A DNA stretch of 63,336 bases, filler included, from Coriobacteriales bacterium (GTDB lineage: Bacteria; Actinomycetota; Coriobacteriia; Coriobacteriales; UBA8131): the NCBI GenBank assembly GCA_031263105.1. It is 6 parts of 6 records of this genome, joined end to end, with 100 filler letters (N's around TTAATTAATTAA, not from the genome) between each part and the next. Parts side by side here need not be neighbours in the genome. Positions count along the whole stretch, not along the records: positions 1 to 11,321 come from JAISGJ010000156.1; positions 11,422 to 21,495 come from JAISGJ010000188.1; 4 more parts are not named here. One strand, 5' to 3'. Within the stretch, counting starts at the first letter, position 1. Each line of letters opens with the position of its first letter. The notes beneath the pieces were generated by a model, which saw only the letters and a list, made by a program, of their open reading frames with translations, searched no databases and was not told the DNA's origin. The translations under genes and the position numbers were made by a program. This document shows, piece after piece, positions 8,837 through 18,377 of this stretch.

Positions 8837-11305
8837 CTATCCGACCTTCTCGACCTGACAAAGACAATCGAACCAAGCGGGGCCGGGAAGCGCAATGCTG
8901 ACCGTGCGGGAGCTGAGGTCGGAGTAATGGCCCTCGATGAACTGGTTCTGTTGCCAGCCATGGTCTATGACGATGACCCCTGGGCGCACCCCGGGATTGA
9001 CCACTGCCTTTATCACGACATAGCCCCTGTCGTTGAAGACCCTGACCGTATCCCCTGTCTTGATGCCCCTTGATTCGGCATCGGTGCTGCTCACCTTTAT
9101 GTAGGGTTCGGGGTCTATCTCCAGAAGCGTGGGGGTATAGGTGAACATGGTATGGGTCTTGAACTTCGAGCGCTCCGACATAAAGACGAGCGGGAACTGC
9201 CCGAACTTCTCGTTCTCGTACCAGGCCTCGTTCGGCGGCTCCCAGTAAGGCAGGCTCTCTCGCTTGGCGTCCCAGGGCTTTCCCGCCTGCACCAAAGGCG
9301 CGTTGTCCTCCAGGTAGAACTGGAGACGCCCCGTTGGGGTCGACAGGCCGTTAAGCCCATGGACGAACCCGTTGGGGGGATTCGCCCAGAGGCGCTTTTC
9401 CTCCTTGAGGCCCTCCCATGAGACCCCAAGGCCTCGCGCGAGGTCGTTGTCGAGGCTGTTCTCCAAGTACTCCTCGACCGTTGCCTGGAACTCCCCTTCA
9501 AAGCCCATTCCTCGACCGAGCAGCGTGATGATGTCGAAATCGCTCTTTGACTCGAACTGGGGCGGCACTGCCTGCTCCTGAAGTCTTATGTACGGATTGC
9601 CGAAAGACGCCTGTATCGACTCGACCTCAAAGATAAAGGCGACGGGGAGGACAATATCGGCATAGTTCGCGGTCTCGCTCATCCATATGTCCGAGACCAC
9701 CACCAGGTCGAGTGCCTCAAGGGCCTCAAGGGTCTTTTTCCTCTCGGTCATGTTCCCTAACATGTTATGGCAGTAAAAGTAGATGCTCCTGATCTGCGGC
9801 TGGTAGTCGCCGATGCCGTCGCCAAGAACCGCGTCGTAAAAATAGGGAGGCCAGACCCCGGGGCCGGGCTTCGTGTCTGCGGGAGCCGTATAGAACGAGG
9901 TGTCGGTGCCCAGGGACATCGGCAGGGACATATCGACGACTGAGATGCCCCTGCCTGACTCCAAGAACTGGCCCGTTATCTGCAAAAGGGTCAGGATGTT
10001 GCCGTAGCCGGTGATCCCGTTGACGTAATGATCCATGCCGAATCCCGCCACCACGGTCGTGCGACCGGCAACAAATTGCTGGACCAGCCATTCTATCGTC
10101 TCGAGTGACACCCCGGTCCTCTCCACGATCTGCTCGAACGTGTGCTCGTTCAGGCGTTCGAGCAAAAGGCTGTAGGCGGTTGTCACCTTGATGCCCTCGA
10201 TGGTAAAGCTGCCCTCGATCAGCGGGTCGGATATCGTGTCGGCAGCGCCGGTCGATCCGTCAGCGCCACGCACGCAGATCGGGTCGCTTGCGGGCGACGA
10301 GGCGGCTGCCTGCGCGGCATCGGCATCGGCATCGGGGGAGGTGACAGGGGTCTCTTCTCCCAAATCGCTCAAACGCAGGTAACGACCGTCCTTCTCCTTC
10401 ACCAAGAAAGGGGCGACCGTCTTTTCTGTAAGGAAGGGGGTGTTCTGTAGCTCGTCGCGCAGGATTATCTGCATCATACCGATTGCGAGCAGCGCATCGG
10501 TGCCCGGTCGTATGGAGATAAAACGGTCTGCCTTTGACGCGGTGGTCGTGAAGATGGGATCGATCACGATCAGCTGAGCCCCGTTCTCCTGGGCCTCGGT
10601 GATGTGATGGAAGTCGATCATGCCCGCCTCGGAGGGGTTGGCCGCCCAGGCAATGATCGTGTCTGCGTTGGCGAGCTCCTTGAACGCATTGCCGGCATAA
10701 CAGGCACCCGAGCCGATATATTTGGGGACAGTCATGAAGCCGTTGAAGTCATAGGATGCGCCCATGGTTCCCGCCCCCATAAAGCTCCTCAGCCTCTCAG
10801 CGTAATCGCAGGTAATGCCCCCGTTTCCCGTTCCTTTTGAGAAGAATATGCTGTCCTTGCCCGACTCGTCCTGATAGGTTTTCCACTTAGTGGTTATCTC
10901 GTCTATGGCCTCGTCCCAACCGATCTGCTCCCACTCCCCGGCGCCTCTTGCACCAACGCGCCGCAGGGGATACTTGACACGGTAGGTCGAGTACATCCTC
11001 TCAATGTTCGTATAGCCTTTGACGCAGACATGCTCGCGCCAGGGCACGCCTTTGTATTTGCGCATATTGACGACATTGCCGTCTCTGACGAAGATGTCCA
11101 TGGGGCAGCCCCAACCATGACAGTTCCCAGCACAACTCGACGCAAATACCGCTTCCTCGGCCCTGCTCTCCGCCGCACGTTGCCCGTCCGCCCCTGCTCT
11201 TATGCACCCATAGCCGCCCGCTAAGGCAGCAGTTCCGGCTACGACTGCAGTGGTTTTCAGAAAACTTCGACGCGTTAGTTCTGACGGTACTCTTCCCTCT
11301 GACAT
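8837..11305 (-). CDS. Second Mo/W-bisPGD oxidoreductase catalytic subunit, Tat-exported
   Basis: First 34 aa identical to 17-2455, then diverged; CAGNCHGWGC...CVKG; WEQIGWDEA; C-terminal dinucleotide-binding region. Confidence 0.95.
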   Translation of the reverse strand: MSEGRVPSELTRRSFLKTTAVVAGTAALAGGYGCIRAGADGQRAAESRAEEAVFASSCAGNCHGWGCPMDIFVRDGNVVNMRKYKGVPWREHVCVKGYTNIERMYSTYRVKYPLRRVGARGAGEWEQIGWDEAIDEITTKWKTYQDESGKDSIFFSKGTGNGGITCDYAERLRSFMGAGTMGASYDFNGFMTVPKYIGSGACYAGNAFKELANADTIIAWAANPSEAGMIDFHHITEAQENGAQLIVIDPIFTTTASKADRFISIRPGTDALLAIGMMQIILRDELQNTPFLTEKTVAPFLVKEKDGRYLRLSDLGEETPVTSPDADADAAQAAASSPASDPICVRGADGSTGAADTISDPLIEGSFTIEGIKVTTAYSLLLERLNEHTFEQIVERTGVSLETIEWLVQQFVAGRTTVVAGFGMDHYVNGITGYGNILTLLQITGQFLESGRGISVVDMSLPMSLGTDTSFYTAPADTKPGPGVWPPYFYDAVLGDGIGDYQPQIRSIYFYCHNMLGNMTERKKTLEALEALDLVVVSDIWMSETANYADIVLPVAFIFEVESIQASFGNPYIRLQEQAVPPQFESKSDFDIITLLGRGMGFEGEFQATVEEYLENSLDNDLARGLGVSWEGLKEEKRLWANPPNGFVHGLNGLSTPTGRLQFYLEDNAPLVQAGKPWDAKRESLPYWEPPNEAWYENEKFGQFPLVFMSERSKFKTHTMFTYTPTLLEIDPEPYIKVSSTDAESRGIKTGDTVRVFNDRGYVVIKAVVNPGVRPGVIVIDHGWQQNQFIEGHYSDLSSRTVSIALPGPAWFDCLCQVEKVG

Positions 11306-11321
11306 CTTTCCTCCTTACCAG
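11203..11321. repeat. Right copy of the 119-bp inverted repeat
   Basis: Exact reverse complement of 1-119; ends at the contig end. Confidence 0.97.
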
Positions 11322-11421
11322 NNNNNNNNNNNNNNNNNNNNNNNNNNNNNNNNNNNNNNNNNNNNTTAATTAATTAANNNNNNNNNNNNNNNNNNNNNNN
11401 NNNNNNNNNNNNNNNNNNNNN
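11322..11421. other. Artificial contig spacer
   Basis: N44-TTAATTAATTAA-N44. Confidence 0.99.
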
Positions 11422-11423
11422 TG

Positions 11424-11492
11424 GCGAATAACATCAAATCGGTACCGCTGTATGCCGCTTTCTGCCTGGCTGATGGTCAGGGCAGTGCATGA
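11424..11492 (+). CDS. 3' end of a probable AAA/DUF4143-type protein (partial)
   Basis: Reads ANNIKSVPLYAAFCLADGQGSA*, similar to the NVPLFAV end of 12928-14229. Confidence 0.4.
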   Translation, partial: ANNIKSVPLYAAFCLADGQGSA

Positions 11493-11651
11493 AAGCCGAA
11501 AACCTGTCCAGCGAACCAATCCGGCCTGCTGCTGTCGCGCTCGCCGACAATGGAGACAGGGTTGTTTTCTTTCACGCTGACAGTGGAAAAGGGACGCGTG
11601 TCAGGGGGACGCGCGTGTCAGGGGGACGTAAAACTTGACAGGTCAAACTTA

Positions 11652-12510
11652 GGTCCTGTCGTCAATAGATTCAAGCCCAGATGGCCAGGCAGCGTATCTG
11701 CACGGCAGCCAGAAACGACGACAGCCTCTTGGCGTAGCGGGTGGCTATGCCGCGCCAGCGCTTGAGTTCGCAGAAGGCGTTTTCCACCAGGTGGCGACAC
11801 CGGTAGAGTTCTTTATCGCAATCACGCTGCACCTTGCGGTTTCTCTTGGGCGGGATGACCGCCTCCATGCCCTGCGCCTTGGCAGCAGCAACAATGGCAT
11901 CGGTGTCATAACCCCTGTCGGCAAGCAGCGCCGAGGCATCCAGCCCCTCTATCAGCTTTTCTCCGTATGAGCAATCGGCCTCGGTGCCTGCTGTGATAAA
12001 CATTCTGACCGGCACGCCATGCGCATCCACGGCAAGATGTATCTTTGAGCTGGGCCCCCTTTTGTAAGGCCCATGCCCTCGTTGCCCCCGACAGCGCCCG
12101 TGGCGTGCTGGTGGACCTTGACGTGGCTGGCGTCTATCATGAGCCACTCCACGTCAGGCACATCCACAAGCAGCCCCAAAAGCCGTTTCCAGTCCCCTCC
12201 GTCCCGCCATCGGCAGAACCTGCGGTGGACGTTCTTCCAATCCCCGTAATCCGGCGGCAAATCTCGCCAGGGCGCCCCGGTGCGCAGTATCCAAAAGACG
12301 GCGTTTATGAATCTGCGATTGTCCTGTGCATTGCCGCCCCAGGTGCCCTTGCGTCCCTTCAGGTGCGGTTCGAGTTTTTCCCAGAGTTGGTCTGAGATGT
12401 CATGGCGACGGTAGTCTTCTGTCATGAGAGTCCCCTTTTGCTGCGGTTCTGGTGTATTCGTGGACTTTCTCATTGTAGCATACTATGCTATTACTATTGA
12501 CGACAGCACC
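11652..12510 (-). mobile_element. IS5-family insertion sequence (IS427-like), 859 bp
   Basis: TIRs GGTCCTGTCGTCAATAG / CTATTGACGACAGCACC (1 mismatch); TA on both sides; two overlapping transposase ORFs. Confidence 0.92.
11671..12425 (-). CDS. IS5-family transposase split into orfA/orfB by a probable programmed frameshift
   Basis: orfA has ILRTGAPWRDLP..YGDWKNVHRRF and MIDAS; orfB has KIHLAVDAHG, LLADRGYD, RHLVENAF..LK.WR.IATRYAK; AAAAGGGGG near 12055-12063 on the minus strand. Confidence 0.9.
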
Positions 12511-12927
12511 TAGGAAGCGTCGGACTGCTCGCATTCGGGGTCTTTTTTATAACTGCGGGAAGTGGCGACCTCCTCGTCATCTATGCCTTACGGAATGAGC
12601 GACGGGACGCTTTGGTCGAGGACCACCCTTCAGAAGTCGGTTATTTTGTCTATAGGCCTGTCGAAAGCCCTCATTGACCGAAGGGCGCCAAGTATATGCG
12701 CTATCGCGACGTGCGGGACCTGCGTTGGCTTTCGGTGCATCCGCAGTTTTACGGGAACTGATGGCGAAGAAGATAGCGATCTATCCGTACGCTGAGTAGA
12801 TGAGCAGAGCTGGCTTAAAATGCGTGAACTACATCCTCAATATCGCCAAATATGTTCATTTTACGTCCTTAGTTTCTCCATTTTAGGCTAAAATGTGGAC
12901 ATGATGTAGTGGACGAAAGGGTGTGCC

Positions 12928-14229
12928 ATGGAACGCCACGTAATGCAAAAACTTGTTGGCTGGAAGGGCAGCCGTCGTAAGAAACCGCTTATTATCAATG
13001 GGGCTCGCCAGGTTGGCAAAACGTGGTTACTCAAGGAATTCGGTGCGCGCCACTTTGACAACGTTGCCTATATCAATTTCGACAACAATGCAGCAATGCG
13101 CTTATTGTTTGACGAGGGCTATGACACCACCCGACTTCTAACAGGAATACAGGCAGAAGCCGAAGAGCGCATCATTGAGGGCGAGACGCTCATCATCTTT
13201 GATGAAATACAAGAGTGCCCCAAAGCGCTTACTTCACTTAAATATTTCAGCGAGAATACTCCGAGCCAGTTGATTGTTGCAGCCGGATCGCTCCTTGGTC
13301 TTGCTGTTCACCAGGGAACAGGCTATCCCGTTGGCAAGGTGACGACACTTGATCTGTTTCCTTTGAGCTTCCGTGAATTTCTTGATGCGACAGGCAACCA
13401 GTCACTGCGTGAGCTTATCGACTCCAATGACGTTTCTGTTATTTCCTCGTTTTCTGCAAAGCTCGTCCCGCTTCTGCGCCAGTATTATTTCACAGGCGGA
13501 ATGCCGGAAGTGGTAGCAGCATTTACCGAGAGCAACCTGGTAACGGATGCGCGTGAGGTTCAGAACCAAATTCTTTCGGACTATCGCCGTGACATCTCAA
13601 AGCATCTTACGGTCTCTGAGGCTGAACACACCCTTGCCACATGGGACTCAATACCTGCCCACCTGGGACAGGAGAACAGAAAATTTATATTCGGCCATAT
13701 CAAAGAGGGCTCTCGTGCGCGTGACTATCGTAGTGCTATCACATGGCTGGTCGAAGCCGGACTTGCTGTACGTGTGCGTCGCATTACAAAGCCGGGGATT
13801 CCCCTCGTAGCATATGCTGGCGAGTCATCGTTTAAGCTCTTTTTGCTTGATATTGGGCTACTCGGCGCGATGGCAGGACTCGACGCAAGCAGCGTAATAA
13901 GCGGAAACAGAATGTTCGCGGAATTTAAGGGTGCTTTAACAGAGCAATACGTCTGCCAACAGCTTGTATCTGATTGCGGCCTACAGCCTTTCTACTGGTC
14001 GGCCGAGAACTCTCGTGGTGAAATCGATTTTCTTGTCCAAAACGAAAGTCGAATCTACCCCATCGAAGTCAAAGCTGAAGAGAACTTGCGCTCAAAGAGC
14101 TTGCGCGCCTTCAACGAAAAATATAGGGGCATGAAGCCGCGTCGCTTCTCACTTTCAGGCTACCGAGACGAAGGATGGATGTGCAACGTGCCCCTCTTTG
14201 CGGTTGGTGACATAAAAAACTGGGAGTAA
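12928..14229 (+). CDS. AAA_14-type ATP-binding protein with C-terminal DUF4143 domain
   Basis: GARQVGKT; IIFDEIQ; TGGMPE; EIDF...PIEVK; lower GC than flanking genes. Confidence 0.9.
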   Translation: MERHVMQKLVGWKGSRRKKPLIINGARQVGKTWLLKEFGARHFDNVAYINFDNNAAMRLLFDEGYDTTRLLTGIQAEAEERIIEGETLIIFDEIQECPKALTSLKYFSENTPSQLIVAAGSLLGLAVHQGTGYPVGKVTTLDLFPLSFREFLDATGNQSLRELIDSNDVSVISSFSAKLVPLLRQYYFTGGMPEVVAAFTESNLVTDAREVQNQILSDYRRDISKHLTVSEAEHTLATWDSIPAHLGQENRKFIFGHIKEGSRARDYRSAITWLVEAGLAVRVRRITKPGIPLVAYAGESSFKLFLLDIGLLGAMAGLDASSVISGNRMFAEFKGALTEQYVCQQLVSDCGLQPFYWSAENSRGEIDFLVQNESRIYPIEVKAEENLRSKSLRAFNEKYRGMKPRRFSLSGYRDEGWMCNVPLFAVGDIKNWE

Positions 14230-14339
14230 CGCTATGGCAGTTTGAAGTTGTCAAGGGGACGTTGTCAAGGCTACTGCTGGCCGGAGGGGACAAATCCTCC
14301 GGACAAATCCTCCCAGCACAAGCATTAATCATCGTCTCC

Positions 14340-14712
14340 CTAGAGTTCACCGATGTAGGCTTTGGCGTTTCTGGCGGCGTTGCGCCCGGAATTGACGTTG
14401 TTTCCCATATTGGAGCCGGGCATGTTCTGGGTGTAGACGTTCTTGTGCATCATCGCACCGTCAAGTCCAGCGGAGTAAAGACCCGGAATAGCCGTCAGGG
14501 TCTCATCGAGCACCTCGGCGCGGATGTTGGTCATGATGCCGCCGATGACGACCACGAAGAGCGGCACCATCTTGGCCATGTAGTAGGGCGTGTTGGTCAA
14601 AGGCACCATGAACTGCGAGTCCTTGCCAAAGTCAAGGTCGCTGCCGTCTGCACAATACGAGTTGTAACGGTCAACGGTTGCAACAAAGGTCTCGACATCA
14701 AGCGCCTGTCCT
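14340..14712 (-). pseudogene. C-terminal remnant of a flavocytochrome c / FAD_binding_2 oxidoreductase
   Basis: ATVDRYN...DLDFGK...PYY...IGGIMTN...VLD...IPGLYSAG...NSGRNAA with no N-terminal FAD-binding part. Confidence 0.75.
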
Positions 14713-14901
14713 CCGAGCAGTTTTCTTTGGTAATGAGCCGCCTGTCTTCCAAGGAAGCGAGGATTGCCGCACGGTCTTCTCGGCAAGAATCAGATAGTCG
14801 GTCAGTGGCGCCAACAAGACGGGGGCATCGGCTTCATGGAGCGCGAGCAGCAAGGTGGCCTTGACAGCCCTTGCGTGATAAGGGGATACAGAGTCTGTCA
14901 C
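14690..14901 (-). pseudogene. Possible frameshifted MarR-like winged-helix remnant
   Basis: LLLALHEADAPVLLAPLTDYLILAEKTVR continues in another frame as AILASLEDRRLITKENCSEDRR. Confidence 0.35.
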
Positions 14902-14944
14902 AACAGTCTTACATTTCTGCGACGCCTCAACCGCTATAAAACCG

Positions 14945-15157
14945 CTATAAGCAGGCGCGGTCGAGGTTCTTAGCTTCTTTCAGCGCCTCCCGCTCGGCAG
15001 GGGTAAGCTCCCGTCTGACGGACACCGTCTTTGGCACTGCGGGAGAGAGGGCCTGCTCATAGCTCTCCCTGATCGCCTCCTTGATGTTGCCGGGGGTGCC
15101 GGGTACGATCTGTCCCCTGACATTCAGCATATAGGCTTCACTTCTCATAACCGCCAC
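14945..15157 (-). CDS. Small hypothetical protein
   Basis: 70-aa ORF with GAGAGG near the start; no motif recognised. Confidence 0.35.
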   Translation of the reverse strand: MAVMRSEAYMLNVRGQIVPGTPGNIKEAIRESYEQALSPAVPKTVSVRRELTPAEREALKEAKNLDRACL

Positions 15158-15370
15158 CTCTCACAGCAAGCCAACAAGCCTCAGTCGTGTTCGTAGGCAG
15201 ACTCGTTGATGAAGGCGATTTTCTCGCGAGCGGGCCGCAGGTCGTTTATGAACTCGTCAATCATGGCATTCAACCCAAAACCGGTGTCGCCTTTGTTGGA
15301 TCAAGTATAGCAGGGAATCATAGGATGAGCCTTGACGGACAAAAGCGGTTCACCTTGGCACGCGTCCCCT

Positions 15371-15613
15371 GTTACAGTTCACGCCCCACTGTCATTCCGA
15401 GCGCAGCGCAGCGCAGCCGAGGAATCTTTGGACACGCTGTGTCCAACGGTAGGTCAGGGGCCCCGTCGACCTGCGGTCGACCGCTGGCGCGGTCGAGGAT
15501 TCCTCGACAGGCTCGGAATGACAGTGGGGGCTCGGAATGACAGTGGGGTGTCCGTGGAGACAGTGAGGGCTCGGAATGACAGTGGGGTGTCCGTGGAGGG
15601 TGTGGCCAGTAAC
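15371..15613. mobile_element. Palindromic miniature element copy 3 (mismatched ends, no TSD)
   Basis: GTTAC...GTAAC termini; full core; duplicated right-arm units. Confidence 0.88.
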
Positions 15614-15737
15614 CTCGTGCGCCTGCGGATCCGGCGGGGCAGGCAAGGCAGGGGGCATGGCGATGAGGACGCGGCGAGCAGGGCGCGGCCCTGGACTGCC
15701 GGGACGCGACCCTTCCCTGCCGGGCCACGGTCCTGGC

Positions 15738-17204
15738 CTACCGGTTGAGGAACGCGTGGCACTCCTTGGCGGCCTGGCAGCCTTCGACGAGCGCCCAGAC
15801 GACGAGGCTCTGGCCACGATGCGCGTCACCGGCGGCGAACACGGAGTTGAGCGAGCTGTGGTAGCTGCCCTCGCCGGTCGCGATGGCGCCCCGGGCATCG
15901 GTCTTGAGTCCCAGCGCATCGACGAGCGTCCGTTCGGGGCCGGAGAAGCCCATGGCGATGAGGACGAGGTCGGCCGGAATGAGCTTCTCGCTGCCCTCCA
16001 CCTCCGTCCGTATGCGCCGCGCACCCTCGTAGGCCATGGTGTAACGCGCGGTCCTTGCAGCAACGACCCTGCCGTCCGCATCGCCGACGACCTCCTTGAC
16101 GGAGGTCCCGAAGACACGCGGGTCCCTGCCGAAGACCTCGATCGCCTCAAGCTGGCCGTAGTCGGTCCTCAGCACGCGCGGCCACAGCGGCCAAGGGTTG
16201 CTGGGCGTGCGGGCCTCGGGGGGACGTGCGTTGTGCTGGAACTGCACCACGCTCCGCGCCCTCTGGCGGATAGCGGTCGCAAGGCAGTCCGTGCCCGTGT
16301 CGCCGCCGCCTACGATGACGACGTCCTTGCCCTTTGCGTCCAGCACCTCGTCGCCCTTATGGCCCTTGTCGATGAGGACGCGGGTCGCATTCGTCAGATA
16401 GTCGATGGCGTAGACCACGCCGCCGAGGCTGCCGCCCGGCACGTCGAGCGGACGCGCGACGCCGGCACCGCCGCACAGCACCAAGGCGTCGAACTCGTCG
16501 AGGAGCCTTTGCAGGGGGATGTTGCCGCCCACCTCGGCGTTCAACTCGAAGCGTATCCCCTCCTCCTTCATGACCTCCACTCGCCGCTCGATGACGCCCT
16601 TGTCGAGCTTCATCGTGGGCACGCCGTACATCAAAAGGCCGCCCGGGCGGTCGGCGCGCTCAAAGACGGTCACGCCCTCGCCGAGCTGGTTGAGGTGGTA
16701 GGCGCAGGCAAGCCCCGCAGGCCCCGAGCCGATGACGGCCACCCGGTGGCCGGTGCGCGTGAGGGGCACGCACGGCCGCACCAGGCCTGTGGCCTGCGCG
16801 TGCCTGTCGAGGAAGTGCTCGAGGTCCTTGATGGTCACGGGCGGCTCGTGCTCGCCGAGCGTGCAGGAGCCCTCGCACAACGCCGGGCAGACGCGTCCCG
16901 TGAACTCCGGGAAGGGGTTGGTCCTGCGCAGCCGTTCGTATGCCTCGTCGAACAGGCCGCGGTATATGAGGTCGTTCATCTCGGGAATGAGGTTCGAGAG
17001 CGGACAGCCGATGGAGAGCCCGTCGACGCTCATGCCTGCATGACAGAACGACACGCCGCAGTCCATGCAGCGCGCGGCCTGCTCCCGCAGCACCTCGACA
17101 GGTTGCAGCTCGTGGAACTCCCCGAAGTCCCTGATCCGCTCCCTGACGGGACGGTTCGTCGCTTCGGCGCGCTCGAACTCGAGAAACGCGGTCTGTCTGT
17201 CCAT
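15738..17204 (-). CDS. gltD: Glutamate synthase small subunit
   Basis: QAARCMDCGVSFC, TNPFPEFTGRVCPALCEGSC, GSGPAG, GGGDTGTDC, GQSLVVWA. Confidence 0.92.
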   Translation of the reverse strand: MDRQTAFLEFERAEATNRPVRERIRDFGEFHELQPVEVLREQAARCMDCGVSFCHAGMSVDGLSIGCPLSNLIPEMNDLIYRGLFDEAYERLRRTNPFPEFTGRVCPALCEGSCTLGEHEPPVTIKDLEHFLDRHAQATGLVRPCVPLTRTGHRVAVIGSGPAGLACAYHLNQLGEGVTVFERADRPGGLLMYGVPTMKLDKGVIERRVEVMKEEGIRFELNAEVGGNIPLQRLLDEFDALVLCGGAGVARPLDVPGGSLGGVVYAIDYLTNATRVLIDKGHKGDEVLDAKGKDVVIVGGGDTGTDCLATAIRQRARSVVQFQHNARPPEARTPSNPWPLWPRVLRTDYGQLEAIEVFGRDPRVFGTSVKEVVGDADGRVVAARTARYTMAYEGARRIRTEVEGSEKLIPADLVLIAMGFSGPERTLVDALGLKTDARGAIATGEGSYHSSLNSVFAAGDAHRGQSLVVWALVEGCQAAKECHAFLNR

Positions 17205-17517
17205 CGTGTCCAATCGTCTCGATGCCATGCCCTGCGGGACACCAAGGGCCGCCGGGGCCGCCGGGGCGCCGGGCAGGGGCCGCCGGGGGACACCGGTGCG
17301 CCGGAGCCCCCGGTGCACCGGGGGCCGCCAAGGGCCTCCGGACAGGGGCCTCCGGGGCGCCGAGAGCCGCCGGGGGCCGCCCCCAGCCGCCGAGGGCCGC
17401 CCGATTCCGCGAATCCCCCGCAGGAGCAACAGGGCAAAAAAGGGGGACAGGTCCCTGTCCCCCTCGTGTTGCGGGTCGCATTATCCGCCCAAGTATACCA
17501 CGTTGGCCGGCACTCCC

Positions 17518-18063
17518 CTACCGCAGCTCCAGCGCCTCGTAGAGCAGCCTGGGTATGCACTCGACGATATGCCGCGCAAGGGCATCCGGGGGCATCGCCA
17601 TGTCGCTGCGTATCCATTCGACGAGGAAGCGGACGTCGAGGACCGCCTGGGCGTGCGCGGCGAACCTGAGCGCCTCCGTCACCTCGAGGCCCCGCCTGTC
17701 TTCGAGCAGGTCGAGGAACACCTGCTCCGTGAAGCGGACGGCCACCTCGTGCAGGTCGGTCCGGTTGACGATGTTGCGGTAGAAGGGCAGATCCTGGGCC
17801 ATCAGGTTGAGATGGCTGGCATAGGCGTCGAGCCAGGTGAACGTATGGCCGACCTTCCCGATGGTGATGCTGCGCACATACAGGTTGTGCCAGGTCAGCA
17901 TCTCGTCCTTCGAGGAGAAGTGCCGATAGAAGGTCTGCCGCGAGATGCCGCAGCGGTCGGCGATGTCCTGGACGCTGAGGCCCTCGATGGGGGCGTCCAC
18001 CGCTCGGATGATCCTCAGCTTCATCTCGACGTCGCGAGAGAAGAAAACGAGGTGCGTGTCCAT
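17518..18063 (-). CDS. TetR/AcrR-family transcriptional regulator
   Basis: LSVQDIADRCGISRQTFYRHFSSKDE HTH; divergent from the flavoprotein operon. Confidence 0.9.
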   Translation of the reverse strand: MDTHLVFFSRDVEMKLRIIRAVDAPIEGLSVQDIADRCGISRQTFYRHFSSKDEMLTWHNLYVRSITIGKVGHTFTWLDAYASHLNLMAQDLPFYRNIVNRTDLHEVAVRFTEQVFLDLLEDRRGLEVTEALRFAAHAQAVLDVRFLVEWIRSDMAMPPDALARHIVECIPRLLYEALELR

Positions 18064-18377
18064 ACCCGTCCATTCTGTGTGTCAGCCGGTAACTGAAAGA
18101 ATGTCCCAGGTGCTGCCAGGAATAGCGCCAAAGCAAAAGCCAAAAGCGATGCCCCGATCGAAACGTGCCAAACGCGGTGCCCCTCGGTGGTACCCGCTCC
18201 AAGGATTGTAACGGATTCTGCGACAAATGGCAGCACCGATGTAACAAGGAGCGGAGATTGTAACAGGCTGCGATACGCAAAGGGCCTTTTGGAACTATGC
18301 CCGCCCAGAGATGTTCCCTAGTGTTTCCTGCAGGGTCGAAAGCCCTGCACAACGGGTATCCTTGGAAGGAGAGACGC

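Noticed and set aside
11366..11377. TTAATTAATTAA palindrome recurring five times
   Set aside because: Always centred in N44 runs; it is an artificial all-frame-stop linker.
17230..17410. N-terminal extension of gltD or a structured RNA
   Set aside because: Very GC-rich low-complexity sequence; GltD homology begins at 17204 and no known motif is recognisable.
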